Source: an uncultured virus (IMG/VR IMGVR_UViG_3300032893_002794)
Taxonomy: Duplodnaviria; Heunggongvirae; Uroviricota; Caudoviricetes
IMG/VR virus record: IMGVR_UViG_3300032893_002794
Strand: one strand, 5' to 3'
Length of the DNA: 64,000 bases
The notes below the pieces were generated by a model. The model did no database searches, was not told the DNA's origin, and was given only the letters and a program-made list of their open reading frames with translations. A program made the translations under genes and the position numbers. Below, one piece after another: positions 18,372 through 28,074 of this stretch. Each line of letters begins with the position of its first letter. Position 1 is the first letter of the stretch.

Positions 18372-19359
18372 GTCCGATGAACCTACAGGAAAGGCAAAGG
18401 GTGGAGTCGCTCGGGCACTGGCCCTCTCGCCAGAGCGAAAAAGCAGCATTGCCAGAAGTGCAGCCATGGCGCGATGGGGTGAGAAACCGCTTCACGCTAC
18501 GCACCGCGGTAATTTTAAGGAGGAATTTGGCATCGATGTTGGATGTTACGTGCTCGATGACGAACAAAAGACAGCAGTAATCAGTCAAAGCGGAATGGCG
18601 CCAGCTCTGGGGTTAGTCGCCGGAAGCGGTGGCCAGGCGCTGCGATTCGTCAACAGCATTAGACTTGCCCCATACGTCAGTGCCGAACTGGCGGAGAAAT
18701 TGAAGAAGCCGCTTGTTTTCCAGTGGTTTTCTCCAGTGCCGAACAATCCGACGGTCATCGTACACGGCTATGACGTCACGATATTGGTCGACATCTGCAA
18801 AGCCGTTCTCCAAGCGCACATGGACGGCAAGCTCCAGAAGCGCCATCAAAACATGGTGAGGCAGGCCCACATCATCCTGAATGCTTCGGCGAAGGCAGGA
18901 ATTAAGGGCCTGGTCTACGCGTTGGCCGGGTACGACGCGACCAAAGAAGAGGTTATCGCCGCCTTCAAGACGTTTGTCCGAGAAGAGGCGCGCGAGTACG
19001 AAAAGGAGTTTCCGGACCAGCTCTACACTGAATGGTATCGTCTCTACAAATTGCCAAAACCAGAGAAGAATAGACCGTGGAAATTCAAGCACCTTACAAT
19101 TCGGCACGTCTACTATCCGCTGGCCAGAAGCAGCGGAAGGGTGCTCGATCTGCTTAAAGCGTTGCGGGCTAGAGGAACTGAGCGTCACAAGAAGCTACAT
19201 CAATTCCTTTCGGATACTGGAGTCAAAGCGCTTCGCACTCATCTCGGACAGTTGGCCGGCATCGCCCAGGTATCTGACGACCGGGAGATGTACGAACGCT
19301 ACTTCGATAGGATATTCGGTCGACAGCAAAGCCTCGACTTCTCGACGAGGACGACCTGA
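18370..19359 (+). CDS. P63C-domain protein
   Basis: GKAKGGVARALALSPE N-terminal motif; CYVLDD, YEKEFPDQLY, VYYPLA and KKLHQFLS; AGAAAGGA RBS. Confidence 0.85.
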   Translation: MSDEPTGKAKGGVARALALSPERKSSIARSAAMARWGEKPLHATHRGNFKEEFGIDVGCYVLDDEQKTAVISQSGMAPALGLVAGSGGQALRFVNSIRLAPYVSAELAEKLKKPLVFQWFSPVPNNPTVIVHGYDVTILVDICKAVLQAHMDGKLQKRHQNMVRQAHIILNASAKAGIKGLVYALAGYDATKEEVIAAFKTFVREEAREYEKEFPDQLYTEWYRLYKLPKPEKNRPWKFKHLTIRHVYYPLARSSGRVLDLLKALRARGTERHKKLHQFLSDTGVKALRTHLGQLAGIAQVSDDREMYERYFDRIFGRQQSLDFSTRTT

Positions 19360-19361
19360 TC

Positions 19362-19598
19362 CTATTTATCCCACCGCGCCAGCGCCGCCTTCTTCGCCGC
19401 CTCGCTCAGCTTCTTCTTGCCGAGCTTCTTCGCCCTGGCCTTCCCACCCTTGAGCCCACCCAAGCGCCCTAGCGCAACGGCTGCTGCGTTCTTGCCTTCG
19501 TCCGTCTTGACCTCTGCTGGAGCTTCTCCCGTGGCCATGGCCGTCACCATGTGGGCTAGTTGGTTCGTATCGCGTGGCATGCGTGAGCGCTTTTGCAT
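19362..19598 (-). CDS. Small basic 'histone H1-like' protein
   Basis: PRDTNQLA...KNAAAVALGRLGGLKGGKARA...AALARW. Confidence 0.8.
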   Translation of the reverse strand: MQKRSRMPRDTNQLAHMVTAMATGEAPAEVKTDEGKNAAAVALGRLGGLKGGKARAKKLGKKKLSEAAKKAALARWDK

Positions 19599-20110
19599 AC
19601 CTTAGCCATGCCACAGGTTGGGAGCGGAGTCCACGAAACGCCAGCGCGCGTCAGGTCCAAACTGACCCACTACCCGGCAGTCTGGTCAGCTCGGAGTGTA
19701 GCCGCCTCGGTGCCTCGAGCACACGACCCTCGTGCGCTGTCCCTCACCTGGCCCCATACTCTCGATTATCCGGATGCCCTGCTCCTGGCAGCGCACGTAG
19801 ACAGCGTCGTCCGCTGTCGGTATCAAGTCGCTGGCCTCACACTGGCCATGGTCGCTCTTTTCGGCAAAGGCCGGTAGCCATGTAGCCGGCAGCGCAGGTA
19901 CCGAGCGAGATTGAAGGCATGAATTTTCAGCGCAGACACAAGCCGTTAAAGTGCCGCAAGCTCGCGGCTGCGACCTGTGCTTGCCTGAAGGTTCCACTCG
20001 ACGAGACGGTATTCCACCCGTGCTGCGGACGATATCACATCGGCTGTGGTCGAATCATGCGCTCGAGCGCGATCTACAGTCGCGGGCGACCGCCGAAGCT
20101 CCCGATCTAG

Positions 20111-20950
20111 TCAACCTTTGTTGTCGGGCGCCATCCAAACGCCGTCAGGGTAGCCAGCCGCGGCGAGCGCCCGGGCGGTGGCGAGCCCGGGGACTCCGTC
20201 AAGCGCGACGAGACCGAGCGCCCTCTGGCGCTCCCTCCACACCGCCAAGTCTTGCCCGGTGGCGAAGTCGAGCCGCTCGCAGCCGGAGGCCTCGAGCGCT
20301 CCCATCATGGCGTCACCCGGGTCGCCGGACCCGCGCGTGGCGGTGAGGTCGCGGTGCCCCACGATGCCGACCACGTCCGAGAGCGGGGGGTGCCTGAGCA
20401 GTGAGCTCACGACCCTGGCAGAGGGGCCACCCTCGTAGCGCGCAGGGATCTGCCACTGGATGGGCAGGGGGAGGAGGCGGCACACCCAGAGCATGAGCTT
20501 AGCCGCCACCGCGAGCTGCCCCTCGTAGACGTCGGCGTCCGCGCGGCCCTGGACGACCTCGACGCCGACCGAGCACCCGTTGGCGACCTTCGCGTGGTAT
20601 GCGGCCTCGAGCAGCAGGTCGGCGCAGCAGTAGGCGGAGCCGTCAGAGTCCACCACCAGGTGGGCCCCGCCCGACCGCTCTCGGTCGTGGGTCCACGACG
20701 CCACGACCCTCGCCCCGCCGCCGGTAGACGGCCCAAGCCCCGGCCGCACGAGCTGCGGCCTCTGGTCCGCGCCCCCGGGGATGCCGCCCGTCGTGTGGCA
20801 AACGACTAGATGGACCCACTTCCGCTCCTCGCCCGACCTCTGCCGGTAGTCAGAAGGGTCGAGCCGCAGGCGCGGGTCGTCGTCGTAGTTCTTGACGTCG
20901 ATGCCCGGAACTACGACCTTCTTCCGGGCTATGACGAGTCCCGTGCCCAC
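20111..20950 (-). CDS. N-acetylmuramoyl-L-alanine amidase (endolysin) with C-terminal peptidoglycan-binding domain
   Basis: VVCHTT, AHLVVDSDG, AYHA, SVGVE, GHRD and DPG; QRALGLVALDGVPGLAT. Confidence 0.88.
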   Translation of the reverse strand: MGTGLVIARKKVVVPGIDVKNYDDDPRLRLDPSDYRQRSGEERKWVHLVVCHTTGGIPGGADQRPQLVRPGLGPSTGGGARVVASWTHDRERSGGAHLVVDSDGSAYCCADLLLEAAYHAKVANGCSVGVEVVQGRADADVYEGQLAVAAKLMLWVCRLLPLPIQWQIPARYEGGPSARVVSSLLRHPPLSDVVGIVGHRDLTATRGSGDPGDAMMGALEASGCERLDFATGQDLAVWRERQRALGLVALDGVPGLATARALAAAGYPDGVWMAPDNKG

Positions 20951-21004
20951 GTCGATGAGGATAGCACGATCTCTACTGCCACGCGGTGGTATGATCGAAG
21001 CACC

Positions 21005-21298
21005 ATGTTACGAAATCGCTTCGTGATGGTCTTGAGCAGTGCAGCCTATGAAGCAATCTCCATCGTCTACCCGCCGACCAGGGCCAAGCTTCACAGGATC
21101 TTGCATGTGGCGGGCACCGCCATGACCCTCGCGTTCGTCTTGTCGACGTGGCTCCTGTCCGAGCTGCAAACCAAGACCAAGATCGAGACCGACCCCGTGG
21201 TGGTGGTCGCCTACCTGACGAGGCGGCAGGCCGTGGTCACCAAGGCTGACAAGGTAGTCGACCGACTGTCGATCTCAGACAGCGACACTCCGACCTAA
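21005..21298 (+). CDS. Small membrane protein
   Basis: Hydrophobic VAGTAMTLAFVLSTWLL; TGGTATGAT extended -10 just upstream; divergent from the amidase. Confidence 0.45.
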   Translation: MLRNRFVMVLSSAAYEAISIVYPPTRAKLHRILHVAGTAMTLAFVLSTWLLSELQTKTKIETDPVVVVAYLTRRQAVVTKADKVVDRLSISDSDTPT

Positions 21299-21351
21299 AA
21301 AGCCAGTAGAGCTGGCGAAAGTCCGCCGTTCTCCCTTGGTCGTCAATAGAG

Positions 21352-21612
21352 CTAGGGACTCGTGAAGATGCGATCTTGTCCGCAGACTCCGGAGGTGACC
21401 TCTCTGATGGCACCCAGCTCGACCAGGCGATCAAGGATCGCCATCGCCTTGAAGGTGTCACCGTACGACACGTCGACGAGCGACTTGAACGCCTTGAAAG
21501 CTCCTGCCGTTTCCAGGAGCTTCCTGGCATTGTCGCCTGCCTTGAACAGGCAGCGACCTCCCTCGTCGGTGAACAGCCACTTTTTCTCTTCCTCGTAACA
21601 GTAGATTGACAT
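21352..21612 (-). CDS. Hypothetical phage protein (wHTH-like)
   Basis: 86 aa; AAGGAG RBS; LDRLVELGAIREV. Confidence 0.6.
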   Translation of the reverse strand: MSIYCYEEEKKWLFTDEGGRCLFKAGDNARKLLETAGAFKAFKSLVDVSYGDTFKAMAILDRLVELGAIREVTSGVCGQDRIFTSP

Positions 21613-21642
21613 CTGTCTCCTTTTCTAACTCCAATAGTGTGT

Positions 21643-21864
21643 TTAGTCTGTTGACTGCGACGCGTTCCGCACGGTCTTAGCAGCTAATTTTCGATAACAA
21701 GTCGCACAGTCATCAGGTCCGCGTCCGCCCGATGCCGGTTCGAGACGGCCCGTAAACATCCACTTCCCGCAGAGCGATCGACCCTGTTCGAAAAAATGCG
21801 CCTTCTTCGAGAGCAGAGGCCAGCCCCAACCTACTTGTTCGTTCGTGTCTTCACTTGACATCAT
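21643..21864 (-). CDS. Small Zn-binding hypothetical protein
   Basis: KAHFF...SLCGKW...CATC. Confidence 0.55.
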   Translation of the reverse strand: MMSSEDTNEQVGWGWPLLSKKAHFFEQGRSLCGKWMFTGRLEPASGGRGPDDCATCYRKLAAKTVRNASQSTD

Positions 21865-22146
21865 GTTTTCCTAAGACCATCACTAGAGCCTCGCAACCTT
21901 ACTTCGAGCTCTTTGAAGGGATATCCAGTTGGCCTCCACCAATTAGACTTGGACACTCTGACCGTGATCAGTCCTGCTCGGTACAGTCGCTCGGCAATCC
22001 TGAAGTCGGTGGTTCGATCTATGAAAGAAACTGTCGAATCCCAACGACTCGTTCCCTTGAAGTCGTCGTAGAAAGCGAGCGTGGCGACTGCGCGACCTGC
22101 CGGATAATTGCCACAGCTTCTTCAAGTCCGATTCCCCTAGCCTCAT

Positions 22147-22512
22147 TCACAAGAAGATCTTGGCTTCTACAATTCGGTCGATCTCGTCGCTCCGGTCGAG
22201 GATCCTGGCGACCCTGACCATGCAGTTGTCACCAAGTGGAGGGTTGAACCACTCTAGTGGTCCGCCCTTCTTGAAGCACTTGACCCACTGCTGAGGGTTT
22301 ACGCGATAGCTCCAAGGAGAGGACTCAATCTCCAGAGATGTTGATGGCAATGAAGTGGGCTCGGAATAGGGCTCAACCTTCTCCTTGGCCATGAGAGCTG
22401 TGAGCTCTTCTGGAGAGTCTGCCCTGGCCACGGGTCTAGTGTCCTCTGAGTGCGCCATTCTCATGTCGTTGAGGAATAAGATCCACACGAAGTCGAACCC
22501 AACAGCCATCAA
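22147..22512 (-). CDS. Hypothetical phage protein
   Basis: AGGAGG RBS; FKKGGPLEWFNPP. Confidence 0.55.
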   Translation of the reverse strand: MMAVGFDFVWILFLNDMRMAHSEDTRPVARADSPEELTALMAKEKVEPYSEPTSLPSTSLEIESSPWSYRVNPQQWVKCFKKGGPLEWFNPPLGDNCMVRVARILDRSDEIDRIVEAKIFL

Positions 22513-23085
22513 CCACCTCCTTTTACCTCGACGGGAGTCTCGGGCGGAAAGCGAGGTGGCCTGGCGAGCACGCCTCGAGATCCCTCGCCGCCACCCTCCT
22601 GACTCGCCAGACGATCTCCCGACTCGGGTACCTTCAGATCGGTTAACCTCCCGGCCCTCTCGGATTCGAGCTTCTTAATACAGGTGATGTCGGACCTCAC
22701 GAGCTCCACCGATACGCCGAGCGCGACGGCGATCTCGTCATCGCTCTTGCCTTCAGCTAACAGATCTCTTATTTCTATATGGCGATGGTGCTGAGATCTC
22801 ATCTTCGCGCCTCGATCGGAAGGAACCGGCATACCCAGGGCGGCTGTCATCTCGGCAACAGATTCAATCAGATCGTCTACAGCTGTTGAGCTCACGGTTC
22901 GAACCTCCACAGTTTATAGTTGTCTTCGACTACCACGTAGTAGTCGTCTTCACCCCTCTTCGGATCGCTGTTGAGAGTCTGGGCCAACTTCTCGGCCTCG
23001 GACTGCGTGAGGCTCGCGCCTCCGGCCACGAAGTACTGGTTACCCCTCTGATCTTCGTGGTCGTAGGCGCTCGTCCTTATTATCT

Positions 23086-23865
23086 TCACGAGGCGTCTCC
23101 CAGGGTGCCGAGCAAGGCGCCCCTGAAGTAGGATGGACTGCCTGCCACTTGACGAGCCCATAGGGTAAGGAGGCTGCCCGCTCGGGCCGCTTGGTCAGGC
23201 AAGAGAGAGATCTCGGCACCCGCGCGCAGCGACTTGTCCGTGAGCATCGCGCTCGGCACCCTCGAGTAGATCCCTCCTGAGAGGACAGAAAGCTCATCCA
23301 CTCTGTACTCGTCGAGCACTCCGTACGGGACGTAGAGATGGGTCAACGTCATTCCCAACCGCATCATCTTGCTCACGACGGCGTAGAGGCCCACCCTCGT
23401 GCGCGTAGCTCTAGTCTCGAGGCCGACCACCAGGTGCGAGCCTCCCGCGCAGCTCTGCCCGGGCTTCACGAGATTTCCGACCACGCTGCACCGGAAGCGG
23501 CGCTCGACGTCGGTGATGTTGGTGACCCTCACCTCGAGGTGCTCTCCCTCGCAGAGCAGGTCGTGAGCTAGCGATACGCCGGGAAACCTGCTCCTCGCCG
23601 ACTCAGCGAAGAGGCTGGCCGGCACCCCGTCGCCCCAGCAGTGCTGGCTCGACCTCCCGATGAGTATGTCCTCCACGACGAAGTGTGGAGCCACGTCGTC
23701 GGGGACCACGTACCAGGAGGGCAAGAGCGCGAACCCGGCGCACGCCCGCTGGAAGCGCAGGGCGGCCTCCTGCCAGGGCTTGACTCTCACCTCCCCCATG
23801 CTGTGCTCGACGAACTGAACTGCGTTCTGCATCATCGTCGCCTCTTCCCTGTGGTTCTGAGCCAC
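23086..23865 (-). CDS. Divergent tandem paralog of the candidate capsid beta domain
   Basis: VVPDDVAPHFVVEDILIGRSSQ...VPASLF...EVRVTN...FRCSVVG aligns with 4363-4968; a second weaker copy ends FRGALLG. Confidence 0.65.
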   Translation of the reverse strand: MAQNHREEATMMQNAVQFVEHSMGEVRVKPWQEAALRFQRACAGFALLPSWYVVPDDVAPHFVVEDILIGRSSQHCWGDGVPASLFAESARSRFPGVSLAHDLLCEGEHLEVRVTNITDVERRFRCSVVGNLVKPGQSCAGGSHLVVGLETRATRTRVGLYAVVSKMMRLGMTLTHLYVPYGVLDEYRVDELSVLSGGIYSRVPSAMLTDKSLRAGAEISLLPDQAARAGSLLTLWARQVAGSPSYFRGALLGTLGDAS

Positions 23866-23867
23866 GA

Positions 23868-24266
23868 CTACCTCCTTACTGCACCTCTGACTGCCCTTCT
23901 TGTCGCGGGCTTCTTCGCCGCGATCGAGCGGCTCGCGCTCGGCATCGGCTCTGGTCGCAGCAGGGCGGCGAGCTCGCTGTCGGAGATCGTCTTCTGCTGG
24001 TAGCGGTGCTCTGGATCGCCAGAGAGGTCTGTGGGTCTCCCTTCGAACCCGCAGAGCAGCTCGGCGACGCGCAGGCCGACGTGGCGCTTGATACGTGGCC
24101 AGACGAACGAGAGCGCGTTCCGGTACGCCTGCGACGTGCAGCAGACGTCAACTCCCTCAACGATGAAGCGGAAGCACGGATAGCACAGGCCACCGACAAA
24201 CTCTCCCTCGTCCCGGTGGTTCTGGCAGTCCTTCACGACGCACTTGACGTGCTTCTTCTTGCTCAT
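23868..24266 (-). CDS. Cys-rich hypothetical protein
   Basis: CVVKDCQNH...LCYPC; coupled to neighbouring genes. Confidence 0.5.
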   Translation of the reverse strand: MSKKKHVKCVVKDCQNHRDEGEFVGGLCYPCFRFIVEGVDVCCTSQAYRNALSFVWPRIKRHVGLRVAELLCGFEGRPTDLSGDPEHRYQQKTISDSELAALLRPEPMPSASRSIAAKKPATRRAVRGAVRR

Positions 24267-25015
24267 GCGATCTCCTCCATCTTCTCCAGCGCGGCGTCGA
24301 CCTCGTCGAGCACCGACACGACGTTGCCGAAGCTGAACGCGCCGCGGGCGTCGCGCGCCCCGCTCTCGACGTCGACCCAGGTGTCGAGGCTCGGAGCCCC
24401 GCGGTTGGCCCCCAAGATCTTCGAGACGACCTCTCCGACGTTGTGCGGCCCGATGCCTCCCGCGTACCCGATCTTAGCACCGGGTGGCGTCGGGCCGATC
24501 GGCCAGTCGAGCGCCACGCCTCGTCCTCCCGACGGGTCGGCCAAGACGGACGCGCAGTATATCTGCGAGGCGTCGCGGACATGCCCCGCGAGCTTGTCGA
24601 CGTCGCGGCACTGCAAGATCCACTCGGAGTACGGCATTCGCGCGACTATCCCGAGGTCTCGCAGATTGTCTAGCCAGCTCGGCTCGTATCCGTTGACCTG
24701 CACCCGGCCGAACTGAGGCAGGAAGTCCAGCTCCTTGAAGAATTCCGTAAATCGTTCCTCGCAGTCGATCGCCCCCAGCTGCCTCGCCCAGTCACCGCAC
24801 AGGTGGGCCGAGAGCTTGATCACGTCGTGCCTCGCGGCCACCTCGCAGAGCTCGCGCACCCAGCGCAGGGACGGGTAGCGAGGGCTGCCCTGGCGAGAGC
24901 TCGACAAGAGCACGCCCCACTCGACCCTGGGGTACTGCTCGGACATCGCGAGCAGCACACGAGGATCTACGTGGTCGTCAGCCCCCGTGATGGTTGCGCC
25001 GAAGTTGAGCTTCAT
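24263..25015 (-). CDS. Phosphoribosylanthranilate-isomerase-like TIM-barrel protein
   Basis: TITGADD, EWGVL, SAHLCG, DPSGGRG, GYAGGIGPHNV, WVDVESG. Confidence 0.75.
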   Translation of the reverse strand: MKLNFGATITGADDHVDPRVLLAMSEQYPRVEWGVLLSSSRQGSPRYPSLRWVRELCEVAARHDVIKLSAHLCGDWARQLGAIDCEERFTEFFKELDFLPQFGRVQVNGYEPSWLDNLRDLGIVARMPYSEWILQCRDVDKLAGHVRDASQIYCASVLADPSGGRGVALDWPIGPTPPGAKIGYAGGIGPHNVGEVVSKILGANRGAPSLDTWVDVESGARDARGAFSFGNVVSVLDEVDAALEKMEEIA

Positions 25016-25016
25016 C

Positions 25017-25628
25017 CTATTTTCCCTTCTTAACGTACCTAAAGAGCTGGCGGCTGCGCTCAGTATCTAGATCATCGTCGACTAAGTCGGCTAGGTCGGC
25101 CGCCGTGAGCGTTGGGCGCGGACTGTGCAGGAGCTGACCGTCTTTTGCACGCTCGCCGGCGATCTTCCCGGGCAGCTCAGCACCCTCTATCGACTCTTGC
25201 ACCTTCGCAGCCAATACGGCGCGACGACGCTCCTTGATGCCCTCGCATACGGCCCTGCCGTATTCATTCACTCTGCTCTCGCTTAGCGGCAACAGAGCGC
25301 CTCCCACGAAGGCGACCCAGCGGTAGCAGTCGACAGAGATCTCCATGTACCGAGACAGCACCTTGTGGTCGTGGGTCACTCCCCTCCACTCGATCGAGAT
25401 GTCCCCCAGCCGGAAGCCGACTCCCTTGCACACGGTCCACCTGGGATCGTCGGGCTGGGGCAGCACCACTCCACCCCGGAAGACGTTGACATCCGCTGAA
25501 GGTGTCTTCTTTACTTCGGAAGCTGCCGAGCGCCTCTTGATCAGAAAATAAAACAGCGACCACAAACCGCCCGTGCTCACGAGAGCTGCCATGGCAATCC
25601 ATAGTTGAAGATGGGTGAGATCTCTCAT
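25017..25628 (-). CDS. Membrane-anchored hypothetical protein
   Basis: Start MRDLTHL; TM LWIAMAALVSTGGLWSLFYFLI. Confidence 0.55.
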   Translation of the reverse strand: MRDLTHLQLWIAMAALVSTGGLWSLFYFLIKRRSAASEVKKTPSADVNVFRGGVVLPQPDDPRWTVCKGVGFRLGDISIEWRGVTHDHKVLSRYMEISVDCYRWVAFVGGALLPLSESRVNEYGRAVCEGIKERRRAVLAAKVQESIEGAELPGKIAGERAKDGQLLHSPRPTLTAADLADLVDDDLDTERSRQLFRYVKKGK

Positions 25629-26368
25629 GTTTTCTCGCTCCTCGCGGCCTCGAGCGCGAATCTCAGCGAGTCTGCGAGCCGCAGCAGCGACTGGCACTTC
25701 TCGGCCGATTCGGGCAGCTCCTCGAGGACGATCGCCAGGGCGGCGTACGCCCTCGCGACGGGCCGCTCGTGCTCGGGCAGGCCCGCGAAGACAAAGCTCT
25801 GTAGCACAGAGCTTCGGTAGGGCACGCTGCAGCCGCGCAACAGGGCCTCCACGGCGGAGTCCTCCATCGCGAGCACGTCGGCGAGCAACTGGTCGAGAGG
25901 TATGCCCGGTGACCTCCGCGGAGGGCGCCTGATGGAGCACGACGGGCACTTCAGCGCCTCGCCCATCTCGGCACCGCAGCCGCAGTAGTAGTGGGCGCTC
26001 TCGTGCTGCGACGCTGTGATCTGCTCTGCACGGAGGAGAGACAATTCGGAGGACTGGCGGACTACGAGATCCCTGAGACGCGCCAGCTCCGCGATGATAG
26101 CTTTGCGCCTCCTGGCGTATCTCGGATTTGTCGCATCCGTTATCTCAGACTCAGATCGCAGTTGTAATTCTGCCTCTTCCAGGTCAGTCATTTGTACTCC
26201 GCAATCGACTCGACTCGACGAGCTTCGGCTGGTGACCTGCTCTGCGCGAAGGCGGGACAACTCAGCAGAGAGGGTAGCCACCTGCTCCGTCGCGAAGTAG
26301 TCCCCAGCGCCCGAGCTCAGTTTTTCAAGGGCAGCTTTCAGAGCAGGTGACGGTTTGGATGACGTCAT
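25625..26368 (-). CDS. Hypothetical protein with a short internal repeat and Zn ribbon
   Basis: ELSRLRAEQVT / ELSLLRAEQIT repeat; CGCG...CPSC. Confidence 0.5.
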   Translation of the reverse strand: MTSSKPSPALKAALEKLSSGAGDYFATEQVATLSAELSRLRAEQVTSRSSSSRVDCGVQMTDLEEAELQLRSESEITDATNPRYARRRKAIIAELARLRDLVVRQSSELSLLRAEQITASQHESAHYYCGCGAEMGEALKCPSCSIRRPPRRSPGIPLDQLLADVLAMEDSAVEALLRGCSVPYRSSVLQSFVFAGLPEHERPVARAYAALAIVLEELPESAEKCQSLLRLADSLRFALEAARSEKT

Positions 26369-26979
26369 TTCGGGTCGTCCTCAAAAGCGACAGGGAACCA
26401 TCTCACCAGCTCTGTCCTGAGCAGACCAGCGACTATGCGCATCTGCGGGTGAGCCTTGGGCGACGAGCGCAATCGCAGGAAATGCCTCCATTCGCGAGCG
26501 TTGGCCGTGACTGCGAGCTCCGTCTTGAGACAAGTTGGTAGCACAGAGCGGGCGAGCTCGGGCGGCTCTCCGGTAGCGAGAAGAGCGAAGTACGCCTTTT
26601 CAGCGGACTCCATCTGTGGAAGCCAGATGTCGTGCGCCGGGCCCAGATGCAACCAGGGTGGCTCGATGACCTGGACGCAGTTTCCGAACGACTCCTTGGC
26701 GTAGTTGCAGAATCGCGTCGACTCCTGCGAAAAGGAAGCGATCCTGTGCCTGACGGCCTCGTGGGAAACTCCTCGGTCCATCACGATGCGGAACGACGCC
26801 GACACGTGCTCGATCACGGACTCGTGACCTCGGGCCAAGATCATGCGCACGAACGCGTCCGCAGAGTCCTCGGTCATCTTGTGGCTCGACTGGTAGCAGA
26901 TGCGCCCCATCTCCTCGACGACTCGCGCTGGATTGGGCGTGGCTTGAACGAGCACAACTGCAAAGTCTACTGTCTTCAT
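26365..26979 (-). CDS. thyX: FAD-dependent thymidylate synthase
   Basis: GHESVIEH, RGVSHEAVRHRIASFSQESTRF (RHRx7S motif), ARSVLP, HFLRLR...AHPQMR. Confidence 0.95.
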   Translation of the reverse strand: MKTVDFAVVLVQATPNPARVVEEMGRICYQSSHKMTEDSADAFVRMILARGHESVIEHVSASFRIVMDRGVSHEAVRHRIASFSQESTRFCNYAKESFGNCVQVIEPPWLHLGPAHDIWLPQMESAEKAYFALLATGEPPELARSVLPTCLKTELAVTANAREWRHFLRLRSSPKAHPQMRIVAGLLRTELVRWFPVAFEDDPK

Positions 26980-27503
26980 GAGCTTCCTTTGTACTCTTCG
27001 ATCGACTCGACGAACTTCGGCGAAAAGCCTCGCCTCTTGAGGCCCTCGACGGCCATGACTATGCGAGATCCCAAGCACGCGATGAATCCAGCGTCGAGAT
27101 CATCTGACACCAAGACGCTCGACGCTGACTCGGACAGCATGGTGTTAACGTGTATAGAGCTCCCCGGCTCCCCTCCTCGCCGGAAGTCCGTACGGTAGAG
27201 GACAATCGGCCTCTTCTCGAGCGCGAAGCCGCACTCGAACGAGGTCCCCGAGTCAGCGTCCGGGCCGTCGGCGCAAGCGACGACGACGTCGGACCACAGT
27301 ATCCCCTGGAGACACTGCCTGAAGATCATCCCCGAGTTCTTGGTGTAGATGCCCACCACTTCCTGGGGTAAGAACACGGCGCACCTGTTGCGGCGGAGGT
27401 AGGCGCAGAGCTCGGCGTTCCACGCTCGCTCGGCCGCCGTGAAGAGCGGACCGGCCATGTACACCTTGGCGATGACGGTTGACTGTCGGGCGATCTTCTT
27501 CAT
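26976..27503 (-). CDS. Nucleoside 2-deoxyribosyltransferase family protein
   Basis: VYMAGPLFT, VFLPQE, DADSGTSFECGFA, RTDFR. Confidence 0.88.
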   Translation of the reverse strand: MKKIARQSTVIAKVYMAGPLFTAAERAWNAELCAYLRRNRCAVFLPQEVVGIYTKNSGMIFRQCLQGILWSDVVVACADGPDADSGTSFECGFALEKRPIVLYRTDFRRGGEPGSSIHVNTMLSESASSVLVSDDLDAGFIACLGSRIVMAVEGLKRRGFSPKFVESIEEYKGSS

Positions 27504-27743
27504 CACAGCTCCCAATCGTCTTTCAATTCTTTCCCATAGGTCGTCCCCGAGAGATCCACTCAGCCCGCTCATCTGCCAGCACCTCTCGTTCTGCCTCTGA
27601 GCACTGACGACACAGAACTGGACGTTTAGGGTGCATGTTGAACGACCATCCGTGCTCGATAGCTTGGTCAGTGGTGTCATAAAATGGGCGTCTGCACATC
27701 GATGCGGAGCAAACGATCTTCTTCATCGCGCCGGTTCCCACGT

Positions 27744-28073
27744 CTAACCTCCCCTCAGGACCTTCTCCACGACGGAGATGAGCTCGCGGACTTCCTGCAG
27801 TACAGCGTCTGCGGCCGCCTCGGGCTTGGTCATCTTGCTCGCCGCCACCTCGGCGAAGAAGTGCGGTGCGAGCAGCACGGCCCCCCTCGGGTACCGGTCG
27901 GCGTAGGCCAGGAGCACCCGCACGGCGTCGCTCGCTCCCCTCTCATCGAGCACCCCGCGGAGGCGAGACGAGCGATCTCCCACGGAAGTCGCCGCCTCCA
28001 GCTCCGCTGCTCGCACGGACACCTCGTGGTCGGCCATCCTCGTCACTCTCTTGCTGGGAGACATATTTCGCAC
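27744..28073 (-). CDS. Hypothetical protein
   Basis: Shares RVLLAYADRYPRG with 28075-28554. Confidence 0.5.
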   Translation of the reverse strand: MRNMSPSKRVTRMADHEVSVRAAELEAATSVGDRSSRLRGVLDERGASDAVRVLLAYADRYPRGAVLLAPHFFAEVAASKMTKPEAAADAVLQEVRELISVVEKVLRGG

Positions 28074-28074
28074 C

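Larger units (their letters stand above)
16177..19674. mobile_element. IS1-family transposon with passenger genes (3498 bp)
   Basis: Perfect 18-bp terminal inverted repeats GGTAGTGGGTCAGTTTGG (16177-16194 and 19657-19674); 8-bp target duplication CGGCAGTC (16169-16176 and 19675-19682); lower GC than flanks. Confidence 0.95.
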
